Below, piece after piece: positions 1 to 10,442 of a stretch of 64,000 nucleotides of DNA. A program made the translations under genes and the position numbers. Within the stretch, counting starts at the first letter, position 1; each line of letters starts with the position of its first letter. The notes below the pieces were generated by a model. It searched no databases and was not told the DNA's origin. It saw nothing but the letters and a program-made list of their open reading frames with translations. Source of the DNA: Planctomycetaceae bacterium (GTDB taxonomy: Bacteria; Planctomycetota; Planctomycetia; Pirellulales; UBA1268); contig JAJTED010000003.1 of assembly GCA_021300535.1 (NCBI GenBank), positions 13,950 through 77,949 of the forward strand. Reading direction: 5' to 3'.

Positions 1-130
1 TGGGTCACCTCGAGCGGAAAACGCTGCAGGCCCTGATCGGAATTTTGCAGCAGGCCCGCGAACCGCACGAGGATCCGGCGATGGCACAGGCGTGGCCCGG
101 AAACAGGCAATCGAAGCGGGGAGGTGAGCG

Positions 131-1390
131 ATGATCCAGCAAGCCAGTCGCGGCCTGACGCAGCCGGATGTGGTGGTGATCGGGGGCGGCCCCTCCGGTG
201 CGACCACCGCCACGCTCGTCGCGAAGCAGGGGCACTCGGTCCTCCTGCTCGAACGGGAGCATTTTCCGCGGTACCACATCGGCGAGTCGCTGATCCCCGA
301 GACCTTCTGGGTGCTCGAGCGTCTCGGCATGCTCGAAAAACTCCGCGGCAGCAGGTTCGTCAACAAGCACAGCGTGCAGTTCGTGTCGGAGCACGGGCGG
401 CTGTCGGAGCCGTTTTATTTCGCCGACCACAAGCCGCACGAAAGTGCGCGAACCTGGCAGGTGCTGCGTCAGGACTTCGACATGATGATGCTGGAGAACG
501 CGCGGGATCATGGCGTCGAGGTCCAGGAGGGGGTCCGGGTTCTGGACGTCCTGTTCGACGCGGGGCGGGCCGTCGGAGTCCGGGCCGCCGACGAGACCGG
601 AGCCGTCCGGGAGATCCGCTGCCGCGTGGTGGTCGATGCGGCGGGCCAGAGCTGCATGATCCAGGATCGGCTGGGCCTCCGCGAATGGGATCCCGTCCTC
701 AAGAAGGCTGCGATCTGGACCTACTGGAAGGGCGCCCTTCGCGACAGCGGCCGGGACGAGGGGGCCACGATGGTCATGCAAACGCAGGGCAAGCAGGGCT
801 GGTTCTGGTACATCCCGCTGCATGACGACGTGGCGAGCGTAGGTGTCGTCGCCCCGTACGACTACCTCTTCCGCGGCCGTGATACGAAGGACATCGAGAA
901 ACTTTATTTCGAAGAGGTCGGGAGGTGCCCGGGAGTACAGCCGCGGATCGCCGGGGCTGAGCGGAACGGCCCCTTTCGTGTTGCGAAGGAATATTCCTAC
1001 CGCTCGCGCCAGGTGGCCGGCGACGGCTGGGTGCTCGTCGGTGACGCGTTTGGGTTTCTCGACCCGCTCTACTCGTCCGGCGTGCTCTTGGCGCTCAAGT
1101 CGGGTGCCTGTGCCGCCGACGCGATCTCCGAGGGCTTGTCGAAGGGGGACACCTCGGCGGCCCAGCTGGGCAAGTGGGGCCCGGAGTTCATCGCGGGCAT
1201 GGATCGGATGCGGAGGCTCGTCTGCGAGTTCTACGACGGGCTCAACTTCGGGCAGTTCGTCCGCAAACATTCCGACCGCAAGGGGCTCATCACCGACGTG
1301 CTGATCGGTGATCTCTTCAAGGAAGATATCGACACCCTCTGGCCGCTCATGGATGAACTGAAGGCCGAGCAGTCGGTGGCTGTGTCATAG
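131..1390 (+). CDS. FAD-dependent oxidoreductase, flavin-dependent halogenase family
   Basis: GGGPSG dinucleotide motif, FPRYHIGESL, WFWYIP (WxWxIP halogenase motif), GDAFGFLDPLYSSGV. Confidence 0.85.
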   Translation: MIQQASRGLTQPDVVVIGGGPSGATTATLVAKQGHSVLLLEREHFPRYHIGESLIPETFWVLERLGMLEKLRGSRFVNKHSVQFVSEHGRLSEPFYFADHKPHESARTWQVLRQDFDMMMLENARDHGVEVQEGVRVLDVLFDAGRAVGVRAADETGAVREIRCRVVVDAAGQSCMIQDRLGLREWDPVLKKAAIWTYWKGALRDSGRDEGATMVMQTQGKQGWFWYIPLHDDVASVGVVAPYDYLFRGRDTKDIEKLYFEEVGRCPGVQPRIAGAERNGPFRVAKEYSYRSRQVAGDGWVLVGDAFGFLDPLYSSGVLLALKSGACAADAISEGLSKGDTSAAQLGKWGPEFIAGMDRMRRLVCEFYDGLNFGQFVRKHSDRKGLITDVLIGDLFKEDIDTLWPLMDELKAEQSVAVS

Positions 1391-1500
1391 GGGCCTGGCC
1401 CACAAGGTGGGCGTCGATATACCCCACGCGATCATCCGTCGGCCTTCTGTCGAACACACTCGCATCGTCGTGCCAATCCGATAATCCGCCCATCGATATC

Positions 1501-1768
1501 GTGAAGGCGGGCGTTTCCCCAGATCGTTCATCGCGAGACGCCATCGTCACGAACGCCGACGGCTCCGTGGATCTCACGTTCGGCCCCGCGCCCCCCTGCG
1601 GCCTGCCGGAGAGCAACTGGATGAAGACACTCCCCTGCAACGGCTGGTTGAGGTTCGGCTTCGCGAACTCAAATCCTTAGAAGGTTCTGCTCCATCCGCC
1701 TCTGTGGCCCGACCCCGACCTAATTCGACCGCTCCTGGGTGCTGGCAGACATCGAGGTGATCGAGTAG
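1501..1768 (+). pseudogene. Degenerate 3' fragment of a DUF1254/DUF1214 gene
   Basis: Aligns by eye to 26183-26413 (cgttcatcgcgagacgccatcgt...gacatcgaggtgatcgagtag) with an insertion and substitutions. Confidence 0.85.
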
Positions 1769-2754
1769 TCGGGAATGGCCGCAGCGACCCCGGCACGACC
1801 TGCACCGTGAGGCCCGGCCGATGGCTTCTCAGCGTTCGTCTCGGGCGCCGCGTGTGGCGGAGCGTTGAGTCGGAAGATGAGCAGCGGCACCTCGAGCACC
1901 TTCTCGTGATGGATTGCATGACCATACAGCCCCTGCTCACCGAGGCATTCGCCGTGGTCGGCGGTGACGACGACCGTCGTCGGGCGGCCGCGAGCCATGA
2001 AGCACCGGAGCAGGTCAGCCATCTGTGCGTCGAGGAACTCCGCACATGCGACCTGACGGGCCCACAGGTCTGTGTCGATCGTCGCGGTCGCGTCGTGCAG
2101 GCCCGACGCATTGAAGAGCCGACCAAGGCTCATGCGCTCGCCCTGGGGATCGGCTCCGACAGCCATGCCTTCGTGCCGGAAGGGGCTGTGGGTCTCGCCG
2201 AAGTTGGCGAACACGAAGCATGGGCGGTGGCGGGCCCGACGGGTGATTTGCTCGCGGAGCATTTCGACCTGCGTCCGGGCTCGCGTACCGGTGACGCGAA
2301 ACCACTCGAAACCATCCTGCAACGGGCTGGGTCTTTTGAACCAGTCCATCGCCGCCACGCCCAGCGTCGCGTAGCCGCGGCGGCGAAACCCGTTCACGAT
2401 GTTCACCGTGCCTTCCGGGAACGTCACCAGCGGCTTGACGGCAACGTTGCGATGGGAGATCCGCCACAGCTGCTGGACGTAGCGGTTGTAGAACGGCAGG
2501 GGCTCGAACACGTGCGGCAGGAAGCCGTTGAACATGGCCTGATGCGCCGGGAGCGTGTACGTGGCCATGGCCCAGGCACGCCTCGCGGCGGCATGCCCGT
2601 CGAGCACCGGGGTTCGGGCCCGCTCGAAGGTGTCGTGGCGGCACGAATCCCAGGTGACGAGCAGGAAATCCTCGGTGTCGCCGCCGGACTGGAGCCGCCG
2701 ATGCCGCCACTCGTCCCAGGTGCGGCCGATGATGCTGGTGCTGAGCCGGCTCAT
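1720..2754 (-). CDS. Sulfatase/alkaline-phosphatase superfamily hydrolase
   Basis: LLVTWDSCRHD, ATYTLPAH, ETHSPF, VTADHGECLGE..GH motifs; ATG at 2754 overlaps the upstream stop. Confidence 0.8.
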   Translation of the reverse strand: MSRLSTSIIGRTWDEWRHRRLQSGGDTEDFLLVTWDSCRHDTFERARTPVLDGHAAARRAWAMATYTLPAHQAMFNGFLPHVFEPLPFYNRYVQQLWRISHRNVAVKPLVTFPEGTVNIVNGFRRRGYATLGVAAMDWFKRPSPLQDGFEWFRVTGTRARTQVEMLREQITRRARHRPCFVFANFGETHSPFRHEGMAVGADPQGERMSLGRLFNASGLHDATATIDTDLWARQVACAEFLDAQMADLLRCFMARGRPTTVVVTADHGECLGEQGLYGHAIHHEKVLEVPLLIFRLNAPPHAAPETNAEKPSAGPHGAGRAGVAAAIPDYSITSMSASTQERSN

Positions 2755-3548
2755 GGTGAGTCTCCGGACACTGGACGCCGGCAGATGCCGACGTTGAATC
2801 GGGGCGTGCCGTAGACCGTCGCCAGGGCCGCGGGAACGATCGGAAAGTCGGCGAGCCCGGGCGCCGCGAGTCCCTGGAGCCGCGTCCAGCCGCGATCCGC
2901 CTTGCAACGGAACGGCCACTTTCGCCAGGCGAAGGCCGCCACCGGGTTGCAGGCGGTGAGCCCCTCGCGCACGGCGGCCACGGCCGCGGTGCGGGCCTGC
3001 AGTGCCGCGGTCTCCACCTGCACTCGCAGCTCCACTTCGTGGAAGTGGCGGCCAAGCATGGCGACGAAGTCGGCGGTGAACCATTCATGCTCGTGAAACC
3101 GGTTGCGGGGCCGGCCATCCACGAATGCCGGCGTGCTTGCCCGGTCGGGAGTCGATACCAGGAGCACGCCGCCAGTGGCCAGGAGGCGACCGGCCCGGGC
3201 GAGGAAGGTCTCGGGGTGCCGGAGGTGCTCGATGACCTCGAAGCAACAAATCACTTCCCAGCCTTCGTCGACCCGCTCTAACTTCTCGCAGTCGTCCAAC
3301 GCGAACGAGAGGTTCGGCGCCGTGAACTTGTCCCGGGCCGTGGCCACCGCGCCGGCATCCTTGTCGATGCCGAGGACGACGGCCGCGCCACCGTACCGGA
3401 GGATCGTCGCCCCGTAGCCGGCACCCGATCCGGCGTCGAGTACGCGGCGTCCGGTGGTGAACTCCGCCGCCATGAGATAACGGGCCAGATGCGGGGCCGC
3501 TAGATCGGCCCACTCTGCTCCGCCCGGCATGGCACGCTCGCACGTCAT
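2751..3548 (-). CDS. Class I SAM-dependent methyltransferase
   Basis: HLARY, VLDAGSGAGYG, CFEVIEHL, LLVSTP. Confidence 0.88.
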   Translation of the reverse strand: MTCERAMPGGAEWADLAAPHLARYLMAAEFTTGRRVLDAGSGAGYGATILRYGGAAVVLGIDKDAGAVATARDKFTAPNLSFALDDCEKLERVDEGWEVICCFEVIEHLRHPETFLARAGRLLATGGVLLVSTPDRASTPAFVDGRPRNRFHEHEWFTADFVAMLGRHFHEVELRVQVETAALQARTAAVAAVREGLTACNPVAAFAWRKWPFRCKADRGWTRLQGLAAPGLADFPIVPAALATVYGTPRFNVGICRRPVSGDSP

Positions 3549-4573
3549 GCTGCGACTCGCTGTGGGGCCGAACGTGTGCAGGCAGCCGTCACGATCGCGG
3601 CCAGCCTCGGCCCCCAGCCAGCGACGCTCCACTCCCGCTCCACGCGGGCCCGTCCCGCCTGGCCCATGCGGCGACGCAGGTCCGCCGAGGCGGCCAGCGT
3701 GGTGATGGCCCGCCGGCAGGCCTCGGGATCGTCCGCGAGAAATCCTGTTTCGCCGTGAATGACCAGACGAGCGTGAATGCCCACGGAGTTGGCCACCACC
3801 GGGAGGCCGGCCGCCATGTACTGCAGCACCTTAAGCCCGCACTTGCCGAGGCTCCAAGGGTGATCGGGCAGCCAGGAGATGCCGATATCGCCGCCGGCGA
3901 GGTCCGCGGTTTCCGTCGACTCGCGCCAGGGGACGTGCCGCGTCCGCACGCCGGGAAGCTCAGGAACCCAGTCACTGACGAGCGTCAGCCGTGCCGCCGG
4001 CGCGGCCGCGCAGGCCGCACGCAGCCAGGGTATGGCGTCGCCGAGCGAGGCCGCCGTGCTCCGGCTGCCGATCCAGACCATCTCGGGCCCGCCGGCAGGC
4101 CGATCATGCGCCGCGAGTGCGTAGCCCCTCGGATCGATGCAGGTGGGCACGAGTTGCACCCGAGCGGCTGGCGCGGCGCGGAGCGCCTGCGCCACGAGCT
4201 GTGGTGATCCTGCCAAGGACGCATCCGCCATGCGGATCATCCGCCGGAACCTCGACCAGCGAACCGGGTCGTTGGCCGTGGGCCCGCTGTTGCTGTCGCG
4301 CAGGTACACGGAGTCGTCGAAGTCGTAGAGCAGCGTGCGGGCGGCGCGACGGATCAGCCAGGCCTTGCCACCGCTGACGAGTCGCCGTTGGATGACGACG
4401 GCATCCGCGGCGGCGATGGCCTTCAGCGTCCGGACGAACTCGTGCCCGCCGCGTGGCCGCTGCACGTGCTCGAGCCGCCAGCCCGCAGCCGCCAGCGCCG
4501 GGGCGAACGCCGCCCATCGGTAGCGGTAGCAGACGAACTGCTCGCCTTCGCTCATGACCAACAGTCGCCGCAT
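3545..4573 (-). CDS. Glycosyltransferase family 4
   Basis: YDFDDSVY, WIGS, GKCGLKVLQYMAAGLPVVAN. Confidence 0.85.
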   Translation of the reverse strand: MRRLLVMSEGEQFVCYRYRWAAFAPALAAAGWRLEHVQRPRGGHEFVRTLKAIAAADAVVIQRRLVSGGKAWLIRRAARTLLYDFDDSVYLRDSNSGPTANDPVRWSRFRRMIRMADASLAGSPQLVAQALRAAPAARVQLVPTCIDPRGYALAAHDRPAGGPEMVWIGSRSTAASLGDAIPWLRAACAAAPAARLTLVSDWVPELPGVRTRHVPWRESTETADLAGGDIGISWLPDHPWSLGKCGLKVLQYMAAGLPVVANSVGIHARLVIHGETGFLADDPEACRRAITTLAASADLRRRMGQAGRARVEREWSVAGWGPRLAAIVTAACTRSAPQRVAA

Positions 4574-4853
4574 CACGTGCGTGCCCCGTGAAATCCACGC
4601 CGTGCGCACGTTCAGCCTGCGCGCGGCCCGACTCGTAAGGCCTTTGGTATCGGCTGCCGGACTGACAGCGATGGAGACCGGGCGGAAGAAATCTCGCTCC
4701 GTGAATCCGTCGCTTAGCCATCCTTTGCAGCTTCTGCCGGGAGCCGGCAGGCTGGGAGAGCTGTGGACGCGGGGCAACGGCCGGGCCTCAGCGGCGACGG
4801 GTGCCTGGTACATCAGGTGTGGGAGCGGCGGCCCCGCAGCCGAAAGAACACGT

Positions 4854-6101
4854 ATGTCAGTTCCCGCCGAGCAGCAACGGTTCGCAATCCAGGACAGTGA
4901 CGGCGGCCTGCGGCCGCCACGGGTCGGGGTCATCATCGACAAGTTTGATGCCGCCCGCGGAGGCGCCGCGGTCTACACCCGGGACCTCGTCGCCTGGTTG
5001 GTCGACCGCTGCTTCGAGGTGCACGTGGTGGCCCGCAACGTGGGCGAGCAGGAACGCAGGCTGCCGTGCGTATGCCACGAGGTCCGCTCGCGGTACGGCG
5101 GGCACGACTTCGCGGCCGCCGGGAGTGAATGCCTCGCCGCCTTGGCGATCGACGTCAGTCACGACATGGGCGTGGCCGTCGGTTGCGACGTCTTTCAGTC
5201 GCACGTCGGGTCACCGGTGGCCTGCCAAATGGGCATGGATGCCGCCATGCCGTGGTGGTATCGGCATGCTCGCCGCCTCGTGCAGGGGCCCCGTCGCCGG
5301 CGAATCCGCGGGCTGGCCGCGCAGCAGTTCGGAAGCCCCAACTCGCTGTTCATCGCCGTGTCGCAGCGGGTGGCGAACGATCTGCAGCGGCTTCAAGGCG
5401 TGCCACCGAACCGCATTCGCATCATCCACAACGGAGTCGACATCGATCACTTCGATTCCCAGCGGCATGTGGCGGCTGGTGTCGCCATCCGCCGGCGACT
5501 CGGCATCGACGCTGACGACGTGATCGTGATCGTCGTCGCCCACAATCATCGGCTCAAAGGCGTCCACGTGGTTTCGCACGCGGTGCGCCGCCTGCGTCGG
5601 GAGGGGCTGCCCGTCCGTCTGCTGGTCTGCGGCACGCCGCAGCCGGGATCGAGTTGCGGTCGAGCCGTGTCTGACTGGGTTCTCCAGGCGGGCAGCGTCA
5701 TCGACACCGCCCCCTTCTATGCCGCCGCGGACATTGCGGTGCAGGCCTCCTTCTACGACGCCTGCAGTCTCGCAACGCTCGAGTCACTGGCCAGCGGACT
5801 GCCGGTGATCACGACCCGCGCGAACGGCGCGGCCGAATTGATCACGCCCGGGCGCGACGGCATCGTGCTCGACGATCCGGCCGACGTCACGGCCCTGACC
5901 GCGGCCCTCCGGACGCTGGCTGTCGATCGGTTGGGCCGGATGTCAATGGGCCGGGCGGCGCGTCGCTCGGCAGCCGCCCACGCGCGCGAGGGGACCTTCG
6001 CGGCGGTGGTGGGCGTCTACGCGGAAGTGCTCGCGTCAAAGGGCCGAACGCTCGTGACCCTGGCGGCGCCCGACCGACTGCTGAGACCGTGGGCCGCCTG
6101 A
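4854..6101 (+). CDS. Glycosyltransferase family 4 (RfaG/WaaG-like)
   Basis: RGGAAVY, IHNGVD, HNHRLKGV, YDACSLATLESLASGLPVITT. Confidence 0.85.
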   Translation: MSVPAEQQRFAIQDSDGGLRPPRVGVIIDKFDAARGGAAVYTRDLVAWLVDRCFEVHVVARNVGEQERRLPCVCHEVRSRYGGHDFAAAGSECLAALAIDVSHDMGVAVGCDVFQSHVGSPVACQMGMDAAMPWWYRHARRLVQGPRRRRIRGLAAQQFGSPNSLFIAVSQRVANDLQRLQGVPPNRIRIIHNGVDIDHFDSQRHVAAGVAIRRRLGIDADDVIVIVVAHNHRLKGVHVVSHAVRRLRREGLPVRLLVCGTPQPGSSCGRAVSDWVLQAGSVIDTAPFYAAADIAVQASFYDACSLATLESLASGLPVITTRANGAAELITPGRDGIVLDDPADVTALTAALRTLAVDRLGRMSMGRAARRSAAAHAREGTFAAVVGVYAEVLASKGRTLVTLAAPDRLLRPWAA

Positions 6102-6155
6102 ACTGCGATGCCTCCCGACGTGCCCACCACGGCAGGTGATGGCTCTTGGAGGCAG

Positions 6156-6210
6156 GCGTCGCAGAATCTGACGGAGCGGGAACTTCGCACGGAGCCGCAG
6201 GCGGTCGCAC
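6156..6210. repeat. Core-less cassette end (type A arm pair plus phased CGCA boxes)
   Basis: gcgtcgca-gaat-ctgacgga then CGCA at 6186/6196/6206; similar to 27475-27530. Confidence 0.7.
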
Positions 6211-6259
6211 GCTGGTGGCGGTGGCATGAGTTCATCATCTGATCACCAAGGAAACTACC

Positions 6260-6535
6260 GTGATCGCGTTCCGAGTACTCGCTGAACTCACGGAACGGCT
6301 TTCGGTGGCCTAGGGGGACGGGCTGCACGCGGTGGTGCTCTTCGGTTCCAATGCCCGTGGGAGTTCAAGGCCGGAAAGCGCCATCGACGTCCTGGCCGTT
6401 CTCGAGACCCTGGCCGGCGACTACGGCGACGAACTGGAGCGGGGGCTGACGGCGGTCTATCCGGTCGCCCTGCGGCTCGGTCGCCGCGTGAGCGTGAAAC
6501 CCCTGGCACGCGACGAGGATGACAGGACGCTTTGA
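6260..6535 (+). pseudogene. MNT antitoxin pseudogene
   Basis: Paralog of 27579-27896 with an in-frame TAG at 6311, the DID motif changed to AID, and a truncated end. Confidence 0.85.
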
Positions 6536-6621
6536 GCGAGTGCGACGCGGTATCGTCGGGGCGATGATCCGGGGAGCGTCCTGTGACTTGACGCGAGCCG
6601 TTGCGGCACCCTGCGGAAAAA

Positions 6622-6740
6622 ATCTCCGCGTAAGATTTGTAACCTCCCCGTTTTTCTTCGGGGAACCAATGGGGTTGGCGAGAAAGCGACTCAGAAAAGA
6701 CTCACCTTCCAATCCGCAGGAGGACGCATGAGTTCGCACG
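6622..6740. mobile_element. Degenerate att junction (tRNA-Asn 3' core plus type B arms)
   Basis: atctccgcgtaagatttgtaac matches ctccccgagtaggattcgtaac at 17/22; arm gcgactca at +64; phased TGCG/CGCA boxes on both sides. Confidence 0.75.
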
Positions 6741-6751
6741 GGTCGCCCTCA

Positions 6752-6888
6752 CAGTGCTCGTTGGCGAGCCGGAAGCAGAACTGCGTGAATCAGTCGGGTT
6801 CGATGGAAGAGAGCGGTCGCGAGCGGAGGACCTCATCGATGATCACCTCGAACTCATCAAACAAAAATGGGCTGAGCACCTTGGCTGG
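6752..6888 (+). pseudogene. DUF4160 remnant
   Basis: Matches the 3' half of 26705-26938 with deletions. Confidence 0.75.
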
Positions 6889-7108
6889 CCGTGCCCCGAA
6901 GGCATGGCATGAGCAAGAAATGATCTTTGTCAGATTCGCGAGCGGCCATGAGGCGGGTTTTTCCACCAAGGGTAACCCGCGGCTGGAATCCGCTACCGAG
7001 GAAGATGTGGGCCGTATCGAAATCTCTCCGTTCGGGCTGCACTGGCCGACGCGCGATGAAGACCTTTCGTTTGCGGGAATCCTCGAGGAGCGTTACGGTC
7101 AACGGTGA
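6881..7108 (+). CDS. DUF2442 family protein (putative antitoxin)
   Basis: TTG start; GLHWPTRDEDLSFAGIL; same length as and near-identical to 26931-27158. Confidence 0.75.
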   Translation: MAGRAPKAWHEQEMIFVRFASGHEAGFSTKGNPRLESATEEDVGRIEISPFGLHWPTRDEDLSFAGILEERYGQR

Positions 7109-7157
7109 CTAGTTGGACTCATTTGATTGGGGATCGCCCTCACCGCCGAATCCTCTT

Positions 7158-7276
7158 TCAGTCGGCCCGCATGACGGGTCAGTGATCGGCGCTGATCCCG
7201 GCCGGCATCGCGGTGCATTCCGACCCACAGGTCTTTCGGCAGCGTTCCCGCTGGTCGCCTGCAGAACGAGGCCACC
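7158..7276. repeat. About 120-bp repeat, second copy at 14335-14454
   Basis: cagtcggc...gtgatcggcgc.tgatcccggccg...cgacccacag...cagcgttcccgctggtcgcc...gccacc in both places. Confidence 0.8.
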
Positions 7277-7842
7277 GGACGAGGCAGACCACCACCCTGC
7301 AAACGGTCAAAAAGGTGGAAGGGCCGGCAACCTTTCGGTGCCACGCAACGCAGGCAAACCCTGCCGTGCTCGGGCCTCGGTAGCCGGATGACGCTGCTGG
7401 CAACGCTTGATCGAAGGTGCTGGGTGGGGCGCCATGCAAGTCAGTGTGGTGTGCTGGCACGAAAGCGCCCCGACAGGGATCGCGCACAAGTGCTTTTTCA
7501 TGCGGGAATCAACTGGTGCCCGGCCCCAGGTGCCGCAAAATCCGAAACAGCGGGAACTCCGCCAGGAGCCGCATGTGCTCTGGAAGCGGGGCATTCCAAG
7601 GACGGCCCGGCCCGGCCCGCTATCAAGCACCGCTCGATAATCCGTCCCCCGGAGTCGACCACGAGCATTTTCTCGGTGTGCCGTCGGTTTGGCCTGACGC
7701 TGGGCGGCGGGATCGCCGTGATGCTGATGCTGGCCCGTAACGCGGACGCGCGGGTGGGGAATAAACGCAGGCTCGGCCGGCGAATGGATCTGCGAGCGTC
7801 GGGACCCAGCGGGCCGCCATACTATCGCGGAGCTGTCGGCTC

Positions 7843-9321
7843 GTGCACGGACTGATCTTCTTCTACATGCAGAAGTTCGCCGACCTGCTCGCCACGGCGA
7901 CGCACGCGGGCCGGCGATCATCGGTCTTCTGCGGCACGGCCCGCTACCTCCCCACGGGCGTCTATGACGACGCGGATGCGGTTGCCGTCCTCCAGGCGAT
8001 CGCCGACGGCATCGACGAGCCGTTGCCCGGGCTGCTGCCCCGGTTCGGCGAGTTCCTCGCGCCGCATCTGATCAAGGTCGCCGGGCCGCTCGTGGATCCG
8101 ACCTGGCGATCGCTCGACATCATCGAGCACACCGAGCCGCTCATCCACGCGATGGTGCGGAAGAGCCAGCCCGGCGCCGAGCCCCCGGTCCTCGAGGCCT
8201 TGCGGGTCGGCGTCGATGAACTGCATCTGGTCTACAGTTCACGACGGCGGCTGTGCCGGCTGGCAGCCGGCGTGATCCGCGGAGTGGGCCGGCATTTTGG
8301 CGAGACACTGGAACTCGACGAGACCAGCTGCATGCTCCGCGGCGACCCGTTCTGCGCGTTCACCGTGCGGCGCACGGCCGCCGACACGCGGCCCGCCTTG
8401 GGGCACCTCGGCGAGACCGTCGTCGCGACCCCGGTGCCAGTCGGCTCGCCGCCGCCCGCCCCGCCTGACCTGCTCGTCGCCGACGCCATGCCGGATCGGA
8501 TCGGCGACTACGAGATCCTCGGCCTCGCCGGCAGCGGCGCGATGGGCCGGGTCTACATGGCCCACGACGCCCGGCTCGACCGTCGGGTCGCGATCAAGGT
8601 CATGAATTCCGGCTCGGCCCGCGACCCCTTGGCTCGCCAGCGGTTCCTCCGCGAAAGCCGGGCCGCAGCTGCGGTCGAGCATCCTCATGTGATGACGATT
8701 TATCAGGTCGGCGAGGATCGCGGGCTGCCGTTCATCGTCATGCGATACCTCGAGGGCTGCACGCTGGCGGAATATTGCCGGGCCGGAAACCCGTGCCCGC
8801 TGCGGGAGGTGCTGCGGATCGGCCGGGAAGTTGCGGCGGGTCTGGCGGCGGCCCACCGCCGCAGCCTGGTACACCGCGACATCAAGCCCGCCAATATCTT
8901 TCTCGACGGCGACGACCGCAGTGTGCGAATCATTGACTTCGGGCTCGCACGGGAGTTCGGGCGCGGATCGGCACAGGTCACGGTGGACGGGGCCGTGATC
9001 GGCACGCCGGCCTACATGCCGCCGGAGCGGATTGCCGGCCAGGACGTGGACGGGTCCAGCGACCTTTTCGGTCTCGGGGTCGTTCTCTACGAACTGCTCG
9101 CCGGCCGGCTGCCGTTCGAGGGCACCACTATGGTGTCGATGCTGGCGTCGATCTCGCGGGGCCGACCCCTGCCGCTTCGGGAGGTCGCCCCGGACCTGCC
9201 CATACCGGTGGCCGATTTGGTGATGCGGCTCATCGCTCACGACAAGTCCGATCGACCCTCCGCTGCGGAGACCATAGTCGACACGATCGCGACGCTGGAA
9301 CGCGACCTGCCGGCAGGATAG
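7843..9321 (+). CDS. H-NOX (HNOB)/V4R domain fused to Hanks-type Ser/Thr kinase
   Basis: N-terminal MHGLIF, VYDD, FGEF, IH, YSSRR, CMLRGDPFC; C-terminal GSGAMGRV, VAIK, HRDIKPAN, DFG, GTPAYM. Confidence 0.85.
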   Translation: MHGLIFFYMQKFADLLATATHAGRRSSVFCGTARYLPTGVYDDADAVAVLQAIADGIDEPLPGLLPRFGEFLAPHLIKVAGPLVDPTWRSLDIIEHTEPLIHAMVRKSQPGAEPPVLEALRVGVDELHLVYSSRRRLCRLAAGVIRGVGRHFGETLELDETSCMLRGDPFCAFTVRRTAADTRPALGHLGETVVATPVPVGSPPPAPPDLLVADAMPDRIGDYEILGLAGSGAMGRVYMAHDARLDRRVAIKVMNSGSARDPLARQRFLRESRAAAAVEHPHVMTIYQVGEDRGLPFIVMRYLEGCTLAEYCRAGNPCPLREVLRIGREVAAGLAAAHRRSLVHRDIKPANIFLDGDDRSVRIIDFGLAREFGRGSAQVTVDGAVIGTPAYMPPERIAGQDVDGSSDLFGLGVVLYELLAGRLPFEGTTMVSMLASISRGRPLPLREVAPDLPIPVADLVMRLIAHDKSDRPSAAETIVDTIATLERDLPAG

Positions 9322-9424
9322 AGCAACCCCTCTTCTGTAGTTGCCGGGCTGAGCGGGTGGGTCATCTGGCTTCCATGGTCAGGTCGGCACGTTCGGTTTC
9401 CCCATCGTCACTGATTTCCGAGTG

Positions 9425-9572
9425 GACGGCCGATCTGCTCGTAGAACTCCTGCTCATCCGTCGCCTGCTCAGTGCGACGCTGTCGCCCATCGGCGAACAA
9501 CTCGGCCGCCTGGGCCATGAGCTGCTTCTTTCAAGCCGTGACCCGGCTCGTTTGGATGCTAAACTGGCCCGC
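9425..9572 (-). pseudogene. IS3-family transposase OrfA remnant
   Basis: Reverse translation GQFSIQTSRVTA*KKQLMAQAAELFADGR...FYEQIGR; the stop falls at the conserved W of WKKQL. Confidence 0.7.
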
Positions 9573-9574
9573 AG

Positions 9575-9958
9575 TTTATCCGCAGTCAATGGGCGAAGTC
9601 GAAGCGTTCGCTTGCTGCGGCTGAGGCGATCTTCGAGACCGACCCGGACTCAGCGGCATCGAGGGCGTACTATGCGGCCTTTCACGGTGTGACCGCGGTC
9701 CTCGCAGGACGCGGCATGGAATTCACGAAGCACACGGCGGTGCGGGCGGCCCTGCATCGGGATCTCATTCAGTCTGGGGCGCTCTCTGTGGACCTCGGTC
9801 GTGATTACGACTTCTTGTTGGATCTTCGCGAGACCGCCGACTACGGCGGCGTCGCCGAGGCCTCGCTGGCGAGTGCGAGGCAGGCGATCGAGAAGGCGAG
9901 GGCGATCTTGGCCGCGCTCAAGACGCTTTTGCCGAATGACGCTCCCGGTAATGCTTGA
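9575..9958 (+). pseudogene. HEPN gene lacking its start codon and its MNT partner
   Basis: FIRSQWAKSKRSL...SRAYYAAFH...DLRETADYG near-identical to 13593-13976; an in-frame TAA lies just upstream at the IS remnant. Confidence 0.85.
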
Positions 9959-9994
9959 GGGACGCTGCTCGGTGCGGTTCGATACGAGCCCGTG

Positions 9995-10396
9995 CGTAGG
10001 CCCGAAGTGCGCAGGGAATGGCACCACCCGGCAGGGAGCACCCTGGGGCTCCAGACCGCTTGCGTCATGGGTTCCCGTCCAGCACTGGCTTCCCAAGAGA
10101 AACCCCCGCCCGATGAGCCGAGGACGATGCGTTTTTGGGAATCTTCAGAGCGGCGGCCGCTCCACGATCCGCAGATGATCGACATCCACAGTCTCTGACC
10201 GGTGCCGGACGCGAGGCACCGAAGCCCCGGGATCGGCGGACTGCGAGCCGGTCTGCGCCGAGGCGAGAAAATCGCCATCGCAGGGGGTGAGTGGCGTTTC
10301 GGAAAACCGTCTCTGGACGCCCAAGCTGCTCCCCCCTGCGCTCATGAGTCGCTCGTCAGCCGGGAGATCCTTGCCGAAGTGCCATTGACCGGGCTA
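9995..10396. repeat. Type C cassette leader (core lost); copies at 17596-17902 and 28412-28563
   Basis: Shared ggcccgaagt..cccggcagggagcac..tggggctc; also tgatcgacatccacag and ttgaccgggcta with the 17.6-17.9 kb copy. Confidence 0.8.
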
Positions 10397-10442
10397 AACC
10401 TTCCCGAAGCGATTCTTCCAGCACTCAAGAGAGCCTCACCGC

